Part shown: one piece after another, positions 40,424 through 50,355 of the stretch | Position numbering within the stretch: position 1 is the stretch's first letter | Layout: every line of letters starts with the position of its first letter | Notes under the pieces: generated by a model | Database searches by the model: none | What the model saw: the letters and a program-made list of their open reading frames with translations, nothing else | What the model was told of the DNA's origin: nothing | Made by a program: the position numbers and the translations under genes | Assembly (NCBI GenBank): GCA_040223655.1 | Contig: JAVKFT010000028.1 | Span: forward strand, 234,230 to 298,229 | Reading direction: 5' to 3' | DNA: 64,000 nt | Source: Thalassobaculaceae bacterium | Lineage (GTDB): Bacteria; Pseudomonadota; Alphaproteobacteria; Thalassobaculales; Thalassobaculaceae

Positions 40424-40725
40424 GTCATCCTGATGCAAATCAGGACCGAGCTCCCGGCCCTACAGCAGCACCGGCCCACCAGCACCGGCGCCGTTTCGAT
40501 GATGCTGGTTCGACGGCGAGGCTTCGGCGGCGCGGCTTCGACTGCGCAGCTTGATCCTGACGTGCGTCAGGATGACAGGTAACTCCCGACCCCTCCCACC
40601 GTCATCCTGATGTCAATCAGGATCAAGCTCCCGGCCCTACAGCAGCACTGGCCCACCAGCACCGGCGCCGTTTCGACGGCGCGGCTTCGACGGCGGGGCT
40701 TGATCCTGACGTGCGTCAGGGTGAC
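40424..40725. repeat. Two tandem CGTC-tagged REPIN-like units (family 2)
   Basis: Units 40424-40576 (153 bp) and 40601-40725 (125 bp), each GTCATCCTGA-N5-TCAGGA(C/T)C ... GATCCTGACGTGCGTCAGG(A/G)TGAC with near-identical cores. Confidence 0.88.
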
Positions 40726-40868
40726 GGGTAGCTCGCTTAACGGTCATCGGCGACGGGTAAGCTCTCAAACCAAGTCCAGTTGGTGCATCCGCCGCATTAC
40801 AGTAATGTGACGCAGCCGGATGGCCACCCGCTGGTCTTTCCGCCCTCCGATCATCGATGGAGTCGACG

Positions 40869-42371
40869 ATGTTCTCCTACCTGCGCACATCTGCGTTCGC
40901 GCTCGTGGCCGTGGCCACGCTCGCCGGGCCCGCGGCCGCAGAGCCGCTGAAGCTCGTAATTCTGCATCTCAACGACTGGGACAACATGGAGAGCGCCGGC
41001 AAGGTCGCCTCCGTCATCGCCGCCGAGAAGGATGCGGCGGAGGCGGACGGCGCGTCGGTGCTGGTCACCTATGGCGGCGACATGATCTCGCCCTCGCTCA
41101 TGAGCGGCATCGACAAGGGCGCGCACATGATCGAACTGGCCGAGAAGGTCGGCATCCAATACGGCACCCTCGGCAACCACGAGTTCGACCTCGGCGACGA
41201 GGTGCTGAAGGCGCGGGTCGCGGAATCCGACTTCGCGTGGATTTCCAGCAACGTCACCCTGGACGGCCAACCCTTTCCGGGTGTCGAGGGCGCGCAGCTC
41301 ATCGACATGAACGGGTTCAAGATCGGCCTGTTCGGTCTGACCACGCCGGACACCACCTTCCTTGCCAGCCCCGGTCCGGGCGTCGCCTTCGCCGGCTACC
41401 CCGAGGCGGGGGCGACGGCGGCCGCCGCGCTGAAGGAACTGGGGGCGGACTTCATCATCGCGCTGAGCCATGGCGGCGAAGGCCTGGAACGCGAGCTCAC
41501 CCGCCAGGTGAAGGATGTCGATCTGGTGCTCGGCGGACATGACGAGGTGGCGCGGGTCCACTACGACGGCCGCGACATGCTGGTCGGCGGCGGCGCGAAG
41601 GGCGAGTTCATCGCCAAGACCTCCATCACTCTCGACCGGGTCGAGAAGCGCGGCAAGATGCGGGTCGTCTGGAAACCGACCTTCGATCTGATCGCAACCC
41701 ATGGTGCGACCCCCGATCCCCAGGTTCAGGCGCGGGTCGACGCCTACGAAGCCGCCCTCGACGAGGGTCTTGGACAGGTGATCGGCAAGACGGACGTGGA
41801 GATGGATACCCGCCGCGCCGCGATCCGCTCGACGGAAACCGCCTTCGGCAACCTGGTCGCCGACGCCAGCCGGGCAGCGACGGGTGCCGATATCGGCCTG
41901 GCGAACGGTGGCGGCATCCGGGGCGACACGGTCTATGCCGCCGGTACCGACCTGACCCGCAAGACCATCCTGACCGAGTTGCCCTTCGGCAACGCCACCG
42001 TGAAACTGGAGCTGTCCGGCGCGGTGCTGCGCGAAGCCCTGGAGCATGGGGTGAGCGGCGTCGAGGAAACCCAGGGCCGCTTCCCGCAGGTCTCGGGCCT
42101 CACCTTCTCCTTCGACGCCTCCAAGCCGGTCGGCTCCCGGATCGTCGATGTCACGGTCGGCGGCGCGCCGCTGGACGACAGCGCCACCTACACGCTCGCC
42201 ACCAACGACTATGTCGGCGGCGGCGGCGACGGCTACGGCATGCTGCGCGAGGCCAAGGTGATCATCGACGGCATCTCGGGCGGCCTGCTGGCCGGACAGG
42301 TGATCGCTTATGTCGAGAGCCGCGGGACGATCTCGACCGGCGTCGAGGGCCGGATCACGCGCCTCGACTGA
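40869..42371 (+). CDS. Periplasmic bifunctional metallophosphatase/5'-nucleotidase
   Basis: Signal peptide; LHLND, GGD, LGNHEFD, LSH, GGH; C-terminal domain GGGIRG, LPFGN, GGGDGY. Confidence 0.9.
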   Translation: MFSYLRTSAFALVAVATLAGPAAAEPLKLVILHLNDWDNMESAGKVASVIAAEKDAAEADGASVLVTYGGDMISPSLMSGIDKGAHMIELAEKVGIQYGTLGNHEFDLGDEVLKARVAESDFAWISSNVTLDGQPFPGVEGAQLIDMNGFKIGLFGLTTPDTTFLASPGPGVAFAGYPEAGATAAAALKELGADFIIALSHGGEGLERELTRQVKDVDLVLGGHDEVARVHYDGRDMLVGGGAKGEFIAKTSITLDRVEKRGKMRVVWKPTFDLIATHGATPDPQVQARVDAYEAALDEGLGQVIGKTDVEMDTRRAAIRSTETAFGNLVADASRAATGADIGLANGGGIRGDTVYAAGTDLTRKTILTELPFGNATVKLELSGAVLREALEHGVSGVEETQGRFPQVSGLTFSFDASKPVGSRIVDVTVGGAPLDDSATYTLATNDYVGGGGDGYGMLREAKVIIDGISGGLLAGQVIAYVESRGTISTGVEGRITRLD

Positions 42372-42395
42372 CGTCGCGTCCAATCTCGACGATCG

Positions 42396-42425
42396 ACGGC
42401 CCGCATCTTCGGATGCGGGCCGTTC
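42396..42425 (+). terminator. Terminator hairpin between convergent 5'-nucleotidase and dioxygenase genes
   Basis: ACGGCCCGCATC-TTCG-GATGCGGGCCGT perfect 12-bp stem with UUCG loop. Confidence 0.8.
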
Positions 42426-42440
42426 TCGTTCGGACCCCGG

Positions 42441-43337
42441 TCAGCTGTCCGGCGGCGCACTCGGTGTCAGCACGAAATCGGTCACCACCGTCCAGAACGG
42501 ATTGGCGACGCCGTACTCGGCCGCCCGCGCCGGATCGTCGTGGTGGACGAACTCCCGGATCAGGCTCTCCTTCACGCCGAACACCGCATCGCTTTCCAGA
42601 TACGGGTCGTCGTGGACGAAGATGTGGGTGGTCACCGTCTCGAAGCCCGGCGCCGCCACGATGTAGTGCAGGTGAGCCGGGCGGATGTTGCCGCGGCCGA
42701 GGCCGTGGAGAAGCTGACCCACCGGTCCGTCGTCGGGAATGCCGTAATAGGTCGGCTTGATCGAGCGGTAGGAGAAGCGCCCATCCGCGCCGGTCCGGAA
42801 GATGCCGCGCAGATTGTGCTCCGGCTGCGTCTCCTGCTGAACGTCGTAGAAGCCGTCATGGCTGGTCTGCCAGGTATCGACCGTCGCCCCCTCCACCGGT
42901 CGGCCGTCCACATCCGTCACCCGGCCGCTCACGACCAGGGGGTCGCCCTTGCCGTCCTGGGAGATGGTGTCGCCCATGGCCAGACGGGGGGCGCCCTCCA
43001 CGTGGAACGGTCCCAGCACCGTGTTCTCCGTCGCGCCGGTCGGCCGCCGCGTGTTGATGGCGTCCACCAGCATCGACACGCCGAGCACATCGGACAGCAG
43101 GATGTATTCCTGGCGCTTGTCGTCGCACATCTGGCCGGTATCGGTGAGAAAGCGGATCGCCGCCGCCCACTCCTCGTAGGTCGGTTCCACCTCCTTCACC
43201 ACCGCGTGGAGATGGGCGATGACCGAGCGCATGACCTCCGCCAGACGCGGGTTCTCCGGCTCCCCCATACGCGCGAGCACGGCCTCGACCGACGTCGCCT
43301 CGGTGAAATACCCGTCTCCGTCGTCGGCTGCCGTCAT
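42441..43337 (-). CDS. Intradiol ring-cleavage dioxygenase (hydroxyquinol/catechol 1,2-dioxygenase family)
   Basis: QEYILLSDVLG, TENTVLGPFH, GFYDVQ, YGIP.DGPVG, RPAHLHY Fe ligands. Confidence 0.93.
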   Translation of the reverse strand: MTAADDGDGYFTEATSVEAVLARMGEPENPRLAEVMRSVIAHLHAVVKEVEPTYEEWAAAIRFLTDTGQMCDDKRQEYILLSDVLGVSMLVDAINTRRPTGATENTVLGPFHVEGAPRLAMGDTISQDGKGDPLVVSGRVTDVDGRPVEGATVDTWQTSHDGFYDVQQETQPEHNLRGIFRTGADGRFSYRSIKPTYYGIPDDGPVGQLLHGLGRGNIRPAHLHYIVAAPGFETVTTHIFVHDDPYLESDAVFGVKESLIREFVHHDDPARAAEYGVANPFWTVVTDFVLTPSAPPDS

Positions 43338-43421
43338 GTCCGCCCCCTCGTCTGACCGTCCGCTCCAAGAAGGATAGAGGCGAACGGGCCACGGGGCCAA
43401 ATCTCCGGCGCTAGGCCTCCT

Positions 43422-44519
43422 CTAGCGCAGGCGGAACTGCACCGGGACGACCAGCTCCAGACGGGCCTGGGTCATGTCGTCGGGCATGGCCGGCAGCGGC
43501 TCGGCGCGCCGGATCATGGCCTCGACCTCCCGGTCGAGCAGGGAGTAGCCGGAACTGCGGTCGATGCGGTGCTGGAGGACGCGTCCGCCGCGATCCATGA
43601 CGAAATAAAGATAGACCACGCCCTCCTGGCGCCGGCTGCGGGCGCGGCGCGGATACTCCTTGTGCTCCTCGAGCCAGGCCTGAAGGATCGAGACGTAGTC
43701 CGTCGAGACGCCCTGCTGTCCGCCGCCGCTGCTGGACGCGGCACTGCCCGCCTGCGCCGACGCGCCGACACCGCTGCGGCCGTCCGACCCCTCGCTGCCC
43801 GACGGGGCCGGCCGCCCTTCGTTCTCGATCGGCACGTCCGCCGCCACGGCGGCCGTCCGCTGCGCCACCGGGGCCGGTTCCGTCCGCGTATCCTCCGGCT
43901 TCGGGGGCGCAGGCCGGGTTACCGGCATCGGTGGCGCTTCGATTGGAGGTATCTCGATCGGGGCAGTTTCCACCGGCGCCGCTTCGGGCTGCACCCGTGC
44001 CAATTCGACCGGCTCGGCCCGCTCGACCGTCACCGGCTCCGGGATCGGCTCCGGGGTCGGCTCTGGGGTCGGCTCCAGGGTCGGTTCTGGCGTCGGCTCT
44101 GGGCGCTCGACGGTTTCCAGCATCTCGGTCTCGGCGATGGCGATCACCTCGTCGACCGGCCGCACGACCTCGACGGTCTCCACCGGCACCTCGGCGGGTG
44201 CCGGCGGCGGTGGAGCGGTCGGTGTCGCCGTCTCCGGCGAAGGCTCCCGGGTCTCGGCTTTCTCGGGCTGCGCCGTGTCCGGTTTCGCGACCGGAGCCGC
44301 CGCAGGGCCGACCGGGTCTGCCCTGTCGATCTCGGTTACCGCGCGGGCGACGCTGCCGGGCGCCCCACCCGACGGACCCAGCGACACCTCGATCCCGCCC
44401 CTGCCCGTGGCGGCGGCCCCCTTCTTCTCGGGTTCGAGCACCAGGGCGAGGGCGGCGGCGACATGGACCGCAACGGCGACGCAGATCGCCAGGCCGAGAT
44501 GCCGGGAGCGGATCCGCAT
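43422..44519 (-). CDS. tonB: TonB energy transducer
   Basis: N-terminal TM with HxxxA, Pro/Glu repeats (PEPT)n, C-terminal YP..AR....EG.V...F......V....I.RSSG..LD. Confidence 0.9.
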   Translation of the reverse strand: MRIRSRHLGLAICVAVAVHVAAALALVLEPEKKGAAATGRGGIEVSLGPSGGAPGSVARAVTEIDRADPVGPAAAPVAKPDTAQPEKAETREPSPETATPTAPPPPAPAEVPVETVEVVRPVDEVIAIAETEMLETVERPEPTPEPTLEPTPEPTPEPIPEPVTVERAEPVELARVQPEAAPVETAPIEIPPIEAPPMPVTRPAPPKPEDTRTEPAPVAQRTAAVAADVPIENEGRPAPSGSEGSDGRSGVGASAQAGSAASSSGGGQQGVSTDYVSILQAWLEEHKEYPRRARSRRQEGVVYLYFVMDRGGRVLQHRIDRSSGYSLLDREVEAMIRRAEPLPAMPDDMTQARLELVVPVQFRLR

Positions 44520-44944
44520 CAGCCATCCCCCGCCGGAAGGGTCAGAAGCTGCAGCGACGTCACGCCGGCCTCGCGCAGCAGCTCCATGAGAGACACGACA
44601 TCGGTGGCGGCCACCGCCCCGTCCGCCTTCAGCCGCACCGTTCCCACCGCACCCGGCCCAGCGTCACCCGACCCGCCCCGGTCGGCGACGGCGGCCGCCA
44701 GGGCGGCGCGATCCATCGTCTCACCGTTCAGGGCAAGCCGCCCGTCGGCACCGACCTGCACCAGCAGGTCCTCGATCTCTACCGGGCCCGCGTTCAGGGA
44801 TTTCGGCGGATCGATGGCAAATGGGTCGGACGCCGCGAGCCGACCGGCCAGCATGAAGAAGATCAGCAGCAGGAAGACGACGTTGATCAGGGGCAGAATC
44901 CGCTCGTCGTCGTTGCGCGGCCTGCGGGGGGAGAGGAGCTGCAC
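44519..44944 (-). CDS. exbD: Biopolymer transport protein ExbD
   Basis: ILPLINVVFLLLIFFML (Asn replaces the usual TM Asp), LKADG; GTG start. Confidence 0.85.
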   Translation of the reverse strand: MQLLSPRRPRNDDERILPLINVVFLLLIFFMLAGRLAASDPFAIDPPKSLNAGPVEIEDLLVQVGADGRLALNGETMDRAALAAAVADRGGSGDAGPGAVGTVRLKADGAVAATDVVSLMELLREAGVTSLQLLTLPAGDG

Positions 44945-44953
44945 CGCCGCCTC

Positions 44954-45412
44954 CTACCGGGACCCGGCGCGCATGAAGGACAGGTTCCGCACTCCAGCGG
45001 CGGACAGCCGGTCGAGCACGTCCACAGCGCGCTGAAGGGGGACGCCCTCGGCCGGGCGGATGAGCACCCGTTGGTCCGCGTTCTCGCGCAGCTTTTCGCC
45101 GATCCGCCGCTCGGCCTCCTCGGCGCTTACCCGCCGCCCGCCGAGGCGCAGCCCGTCGGACCGGATCTCCAGCATCATCGCACCGGTCAGCGACGTGCCG
45201 GCGCCGGCCGAGGCCGGCGGCGTCAGGTCGATCGATCGCCAGTCCAGAAAACTCGACGCGAGCATGAAGAACACCAGCAGGATGAACACCACGTCGATGA
45301 GCGGCGTAAGGCTGATGACCGCGCGGCGGCGGCGCCCCTTATCCGCCAGCCGCGGCCGCATGCAGGCGGGGACCGCCGCCGGAGACGGGCTTGTATCCGC
45401 GCTCATAGCCAT
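44954..45412 (-). CDS. exbD: Biopolymer transport protein ExbD (second copy)
   Basis: ISLTPLIDVVFILLVFFML; start uncertain (45412/45406/45361). Confidence 0.85.
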   Translation of the reverse strand: MAMSADTSPSPAAVPACMRPRLADKGRRRRAVISLTPLIDVVFILLVFFMLASSFLDWRSIDLTPPASAGAGTSLTGAMMLEIRSDGLRLGGRRVSAEEAERRIGEKLRENADQRVLIRPAEGVPLQRAVDVLDRLSAAGVRNLSFMRAGSR

Positions 45413-46115
45413 GACCGTCGCTTTCTCCGCCCGCGACCGAGACGGTCCCGGGGGAAAGATCCAGGGTGAAGACGCCCGCGATGGCGCTGTCCATGTCGTG
45501 GGCGACGCGCTCGACAACCCGCTCCAGCCAGTTCAGCGCCGCCACCGCCGGGATTGCCACCGCGAGGCCGACCGCCGTGGTGAGCAGCGCCTCCCAGATG
45601 CCGCCCGACAGGACCGCGGGGTTCACCTGGTTGCCCGCCGCCTCGAGCTGCTGGAAGGCGCCGATCATGCCGAGCACCGTCCCGAACAGCCCCAGGAGCG
45701 GTGCGAGGGAGGCGATCACCTCCAGCGGCCGCAGGTAGCTGCGCAGTTCCTCCAGAACGTCGCCGCCGTAGCGCAGCGCCTCCTCCCGGACGATGGGGTC
45801 CGGAAGGCCGCGCTGCCGTCCGACGATGGCACGGGCGACCGCCTGCGACACCGGGTTGCGCGCGCCCGCGGCCAGGGCCAGCGCCTCCCGCGGATCGCCC
45901 GCCCGGAGCCTGACCAGCGCCGCGCCCGCATGTCCGCGCTGGCCGAGACCGGCGGCCCGGAACTGCCACAGCTTGACCAGGACGATCGCCAGCGCGACGA
46001 CCGACATGGCGAGCAGAAGCAAGACGACGGGCCCTCCGGCCGCCAGCATGTCGGCGAGTCCGGCCAGCCAGCCGCCACCGCCGACCGCTTGCCCCATGTC
46101 CGCACCTTCGGTCAT
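45339..46115 (-). CDS. exbB: ExbB/MotA/TolQ proton channel protein
   Basis: GGPVV, LEVIASLAPLLGLFGTVLGMIGAF, GGIWEALLTTAVGLAVAIPA. Confidence 0.93.
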   Translation of the reverse strand: MTEGADMGQAVGGGGWLAGLADMLAAGGPVVLLLLAMSVVALAIVLVKLWQFRAAGLGQRGHAGAALVRLRAGDPREALALAAGARNPVSQAVARAIVGRQRGLPDPIVREEALRYGGDVLEELRSYLRPLEVIASLAPLLGLFGTVLGMIGAFQQLEAAGNQVNPAVLSGGIWEALLTTAVGLAVAIPAVAALNWLERVVERVAHDMDSAIAGVFTLDLSPGTVSVAGGESDGHGYERGYKPVSGGGPRLHAAAAGG

Positions 46116-46195
46116 GCCGACACCGCCTCAATGCGGCGCCGCAGCGTGCCGGAACGAAAGCTGGCGGATTGGGTCGCGCACACGGCCCTGCCCAT
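46112..46195 (-). CDS. Putative 27-aa small ORF upstream of exbB (not in ORF track)
   Basis: GAGGAG-N8-ATG; MGRAVCATQSASFRSGTLRRRIEAVSA*; TGA overlaps the exbB ATG (ATGA). Confidence 0.4.
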   Translation of the reverse strand: MGRAVCATQSASFRSGTLRRRIEAVSA

Positions 46196-46236
46196 GATCT
46201 GGACTCCTCGATTCGAAATCAGGATGGGCGGACTTT

Positions 46237-46255
46237 ATTGAGATCGACTCGCATT
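46237..46255. promoter_or_regulatory. Candidate alphaproteobacterial Fur-type iron box upstream of the exbB operon
   Basis: Minus strand AATGCGAGTCGATCTCAAT fits the AnTGnGA-N5-TCnCAnT pattern. Confidence 0.6.
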
Positions 46256-46720
46256 CGCAAGAATTAACGTGCCCATCGGTGTCTTCCCACCGCCAGATCC
46301 GAGGGATCGTGACGCGCGATGCCGCTAACCCCCGGAGCGACCAGGAAATTATCCACCGATGGTTTGTTCAACGCCTTCAAGGTCGTAGGCGTTGTCAAGC
46401 GGCGTTTTGTCGTATTTTGGCTTGTTATGTCGTAATTAGAACATTAAACCTGCGCGGGTCATCCATCGACGCGGGCTCTTCCTCAAGACAGACCCCACCG
46501 GCGCCCTGCGCCGGCGGGTCGAGCTCCGTCGTCGACCGAAAAGCCGGCGCAATCCCGGGCCGTCTCCCATCGGAGGCGGCGCGGGACCACCGCGACCGGC
46601 CGCAGACCGCTCTTTCCATCCCCTCGGGATGGACCGAATCCGCGATCGGGCCCCCGGGCCGTATGCGGCGACCTCGTATGCGTCCCGACGCCCGGTCCCC
46701 ACAGAGACCGGAGGCCACCC

Positions 46721-48415
46721 ATGGAGCAGACCGCCCGAACGAGCGCCAACGCCGAACTTCGGCTGGACGAGCAGGCATACGGCGAGAACCCGCTGGAGGA
46801 CCGCGAGACCGACCTCTATCGCGGCGAGTACATCATGTCCTTCGTCGAGAAGTGGGACGAACTGATCGACTGGGATGCCAGGGCGGAGAGCGAGGGCCAG
46901 TTCTTCATCGACGTCCTGCGGGCGCGCGGCAAGGAGACCGTTCTCGACGTCGCCTGCGGGACCGGGTTCCATTCGGTGCGTCTGCAGCAGGCCGGCTTCA
47001 ACGTGACCTCGTCGGACGGCTCCGCGGCCATGGTCGCCAAGGCGTTCCAGAACGGCCAGGCGCGCGGCCTGATCCTCAAGACCGTCCAGGCCGACTGGCG
47101 TTGGCTGAACCGGGACATCCAGGGCAAGTACGACGCGATCATCTGCCTCGGGAACTCGTTCACGCACCTGCACACCGAGGCCGACCGGCGCCGAGCGCTC
47201 GCCGAGTTCTACGCCGCACTCAAGCATGACGGCATGCTGATCCTCGATCAGCGCAACTACGACGCCATTCTCGATCACGGCTTCAGCACGAAGCACAAGT
47301 ACTACTACGCCGGCGACAAGGTCACGGCCGAACCGGACCATGTCGACGAGGGGCTCGCCCGCTTCAAGTACAGCTTCCCCGACGGGTCCGAGTACACGCT
47401 CAACATGTGTCCGATCCGCAAGAACTACGTCCGCCGCCTCCTCTCCGAGGCCGGGTTCCAGCGCGTGCGGACCTATGGCGACTTCCAGGAGACCTACGCC
47501 GAGGAGGAGCCGGACTTCTTCATCCACGTCGCCGAGAAATCGACCCAGCACGTTGTGCGCTGGGGCGGCGGGACCCGGGAAGCCGGCGAGACCGACGTCC
47601 GCGACGTCGCCGAGGACTACTACGACAGCGAGGACGCCGACACGTTCTACAGCATGGTCTGGGGCGGCGAGGACCTGCATGTCGGCATCTACGACGACAC
47701 CAAGGTCATCCGCGAGGCCAGCGACACGACAATCGACCGGATGGCGGAGGCCTTGCCCGGGCTCGACCAGAACACCCGGATCCTCGACATCGGCGCCGGC
47801 TATGGCGGGGCGATGCGCCGCATCGTCAAGCGCCACGGCAACACGGCCACTTGCCTGAACATCTCCGAGACCCAGAACGACACCAACCGGAGCAAGATCC
47901 GCCGGGCCGGACTGGCCGACCGGATCAAGGTCATCCACGGGGTGTTCGAGGACATTCCGGAGCCGGAGGGCAGCTACGACGTGGTGTGGAGCCAGGACGC
48001 CATCCTGCACTCCGACCAGAGGGCCAAGGTGCTCGGCGAGGTCTACCGGGTTCTGAAGCCCGGCGGCCACTTCATCTTCACCGACCCGATGCAGGCCGAC
48101 GACGTGCCGGAAGGCGTGCTCCAGCCGGTCTACGACCGCCTGCAGCTCACCTCGCTCGGGTCCATGCGGTTCTACCGCGAGGCCGCCTCGGCGCACGGCT
48201 TCGACACGGTCGCGCAGCACGACCTGACCGGCCACCTGCGGACCCACTACGACCGGGTGCGCGAGGATCTCGTCGCCAACTACGACAAGCTGCGGGAGAG
48301 CGGCGCCTCGGTCGAGTATCTCGACCGGATGATCGTCGGCCTGGAGAACTGGGTGAAGGCGGCCGATGCCGGCTATCTCGCCTGGGGCATCCAAATCTTC
48401 CGCAAGCCGGACTGA
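46721..48415 (+). CDS. Fused glycine/sarcosine N-methyltransferase + sarcosine/dimethylglycine N-methyltransferase (GSMT-SDMT)
   Basis: N-half [45 protein letters not shown]; C-half [48 protein letters not shown]. Confidence 0.92.
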   Translation: MEQTARTSANAELRLDEQAYGENPLEDRETDLYRGEYIMSFVEKWDELIDWDARAESEGQFFIDVLRARGKETVLDVACGTGFHSVRLQQAGFNVTSSDGSAAMVAKAFQNGQARGLILKTVQADWRWLNRDIQGKYDAIICLGNSFTHLHTEADRRRALAEFYAALKHDGMLILDQRNYDAILDHGFSTKHKYYYAGDKVTAEPDHVDEGLARFKYSFPDGSEYTLNMCPIRKNYVRRLLSEAGFQRVRTYGDFQETYAEEEPDFFIHVAEKSTQHVVRWGGGTREAGETDVRDVAEDYYDSEDADTFYSMVWGGEDLHVGIYDDTKVIREASDTTIDRMAEALPGLDQNTRILDIGAGYGGAMRRIVKRHGNTATCLNISETQNDTNRSKIRRAGLADRIKVIHGVFEDIPEPEGSYDVVWSQDAILHSDQRAKVLGEVYRVLKPGGHFIFTDPMQADDVPEGVLQPVYDRLQLTSLGSMRFYREAASAHGFDTVAQHDLTGHLRTHYDRVREDLVANYDKLRESGASVEYLDRMIVGLENWVKAADAGYLAWGIQIFRKPD

Positions 48416-48542
48416 CCCGGGCCCGGCGCCCCCTCAGTGCCCCCCCGGGGCGCCCCAGAAATCCGGCACCGGAGCCGGGCGCGCACGGTCGCAGCCCCGC
48501 TCCGGCGCCCCTTTCCCGAAGCATCAAGGAGGACCGTCAGAC

Positions 48543-49724
<1,182 letters not shown>

Positions 49725-49754
49725 ATCCGCGCCCGCAGCGTCGACCATGACGAC

Positions 49755-49790
49755 AAAGGCCCGCGCCACACCCGGCGCGGGCCTTTCTTC
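49755..49790 (+). terminator. Rho-independent terminator of metK
   Basis: AAAGGCCCGCGCC-N6-GGCGCGGGCCTTT then CTTC. Confidence 0.85.
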
Positions 49791-49814
49791 GTTTCAACCA
49801 TGCCCACCCGCCGG

Positions 49815-50327
49815 TACTCCCCGGACCCGTTCCTGGGCCTACGTGTCCACCGATGCGGTCGCGAGCGGCTTTCCTCCGACGACCGGATCAGGCCTTGACT
49901 GGGCCCCGGAATAAATCCGGGGAGTGGTTATAGGGGGTCGTTGCTGGAGCGCCGTGGGCGATACCGGACGAGCCGGCCCCGTCCCCGAACCCACCGCATC
50001 GCTTTCCTGCCCTTCACTCCCCGGATTTATTCCGGGGCAAGCCCGGCATCCAGCACGGCCGCCGACACCAGTTCACCGACGCCCGGCCCAGGCTCTCCGG
50101 ATCGCCCCGGAATGAATCCGGGGAGTGATTTGTCTGGCGGGCATTTAGGCGTCATAGGCGACACGGGCTGAGCCAGCCCCGCCCCCTAACTCTCGGCATT
50201 CCAATCCCAGAGGTCACGCCCCGGATTTATTCCGGGGCAAGCCCGGCATCCGGCGCGGCCGTCGATACCAGCCCACCGGCGCCCGGCCCAGGCTCTTCAG
50301 ATCGCCCCGGAATAAATCCAGGGAGTG
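49815..50327. repeat. Array of three REPIN-like units (family 1), 200-bp period
   Basis: Units 49815-49926, 50015-50127, 50215-50327; CACTCCCCGGATTTATTCCGGGG ... CCCCGGAAT(A/G)AATCCGGGGAGTG. Confidence 0.9.
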
Positions 50328-50355
50328 TGAGAACGGGTGGGGGCTCAGATGGTCG

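Noticed and set aside
44035-44105. 12-bp tandem repeat encoding (PEPT)n in tonB
   Set aside because: Normal Pro-rich periplasmic spacer of TonB.
46112-46195. Small ORF as hemP/hmuP, or as a frameshifted 5' part of exbB
   Set aside because: It lacks the HemP YxLRxTRxGKLILTK signature; exbB has its own RBS-like GAGG and a normal N-terminus.
46440-46720. Known SAM-II/SAM-alpha, SAH or glycine riboswitch upstream of the methyltransferase
   Set aside because: Their conserved sequence signatures were not recognisable by eye; kept only as an unclassified candidate in findings.
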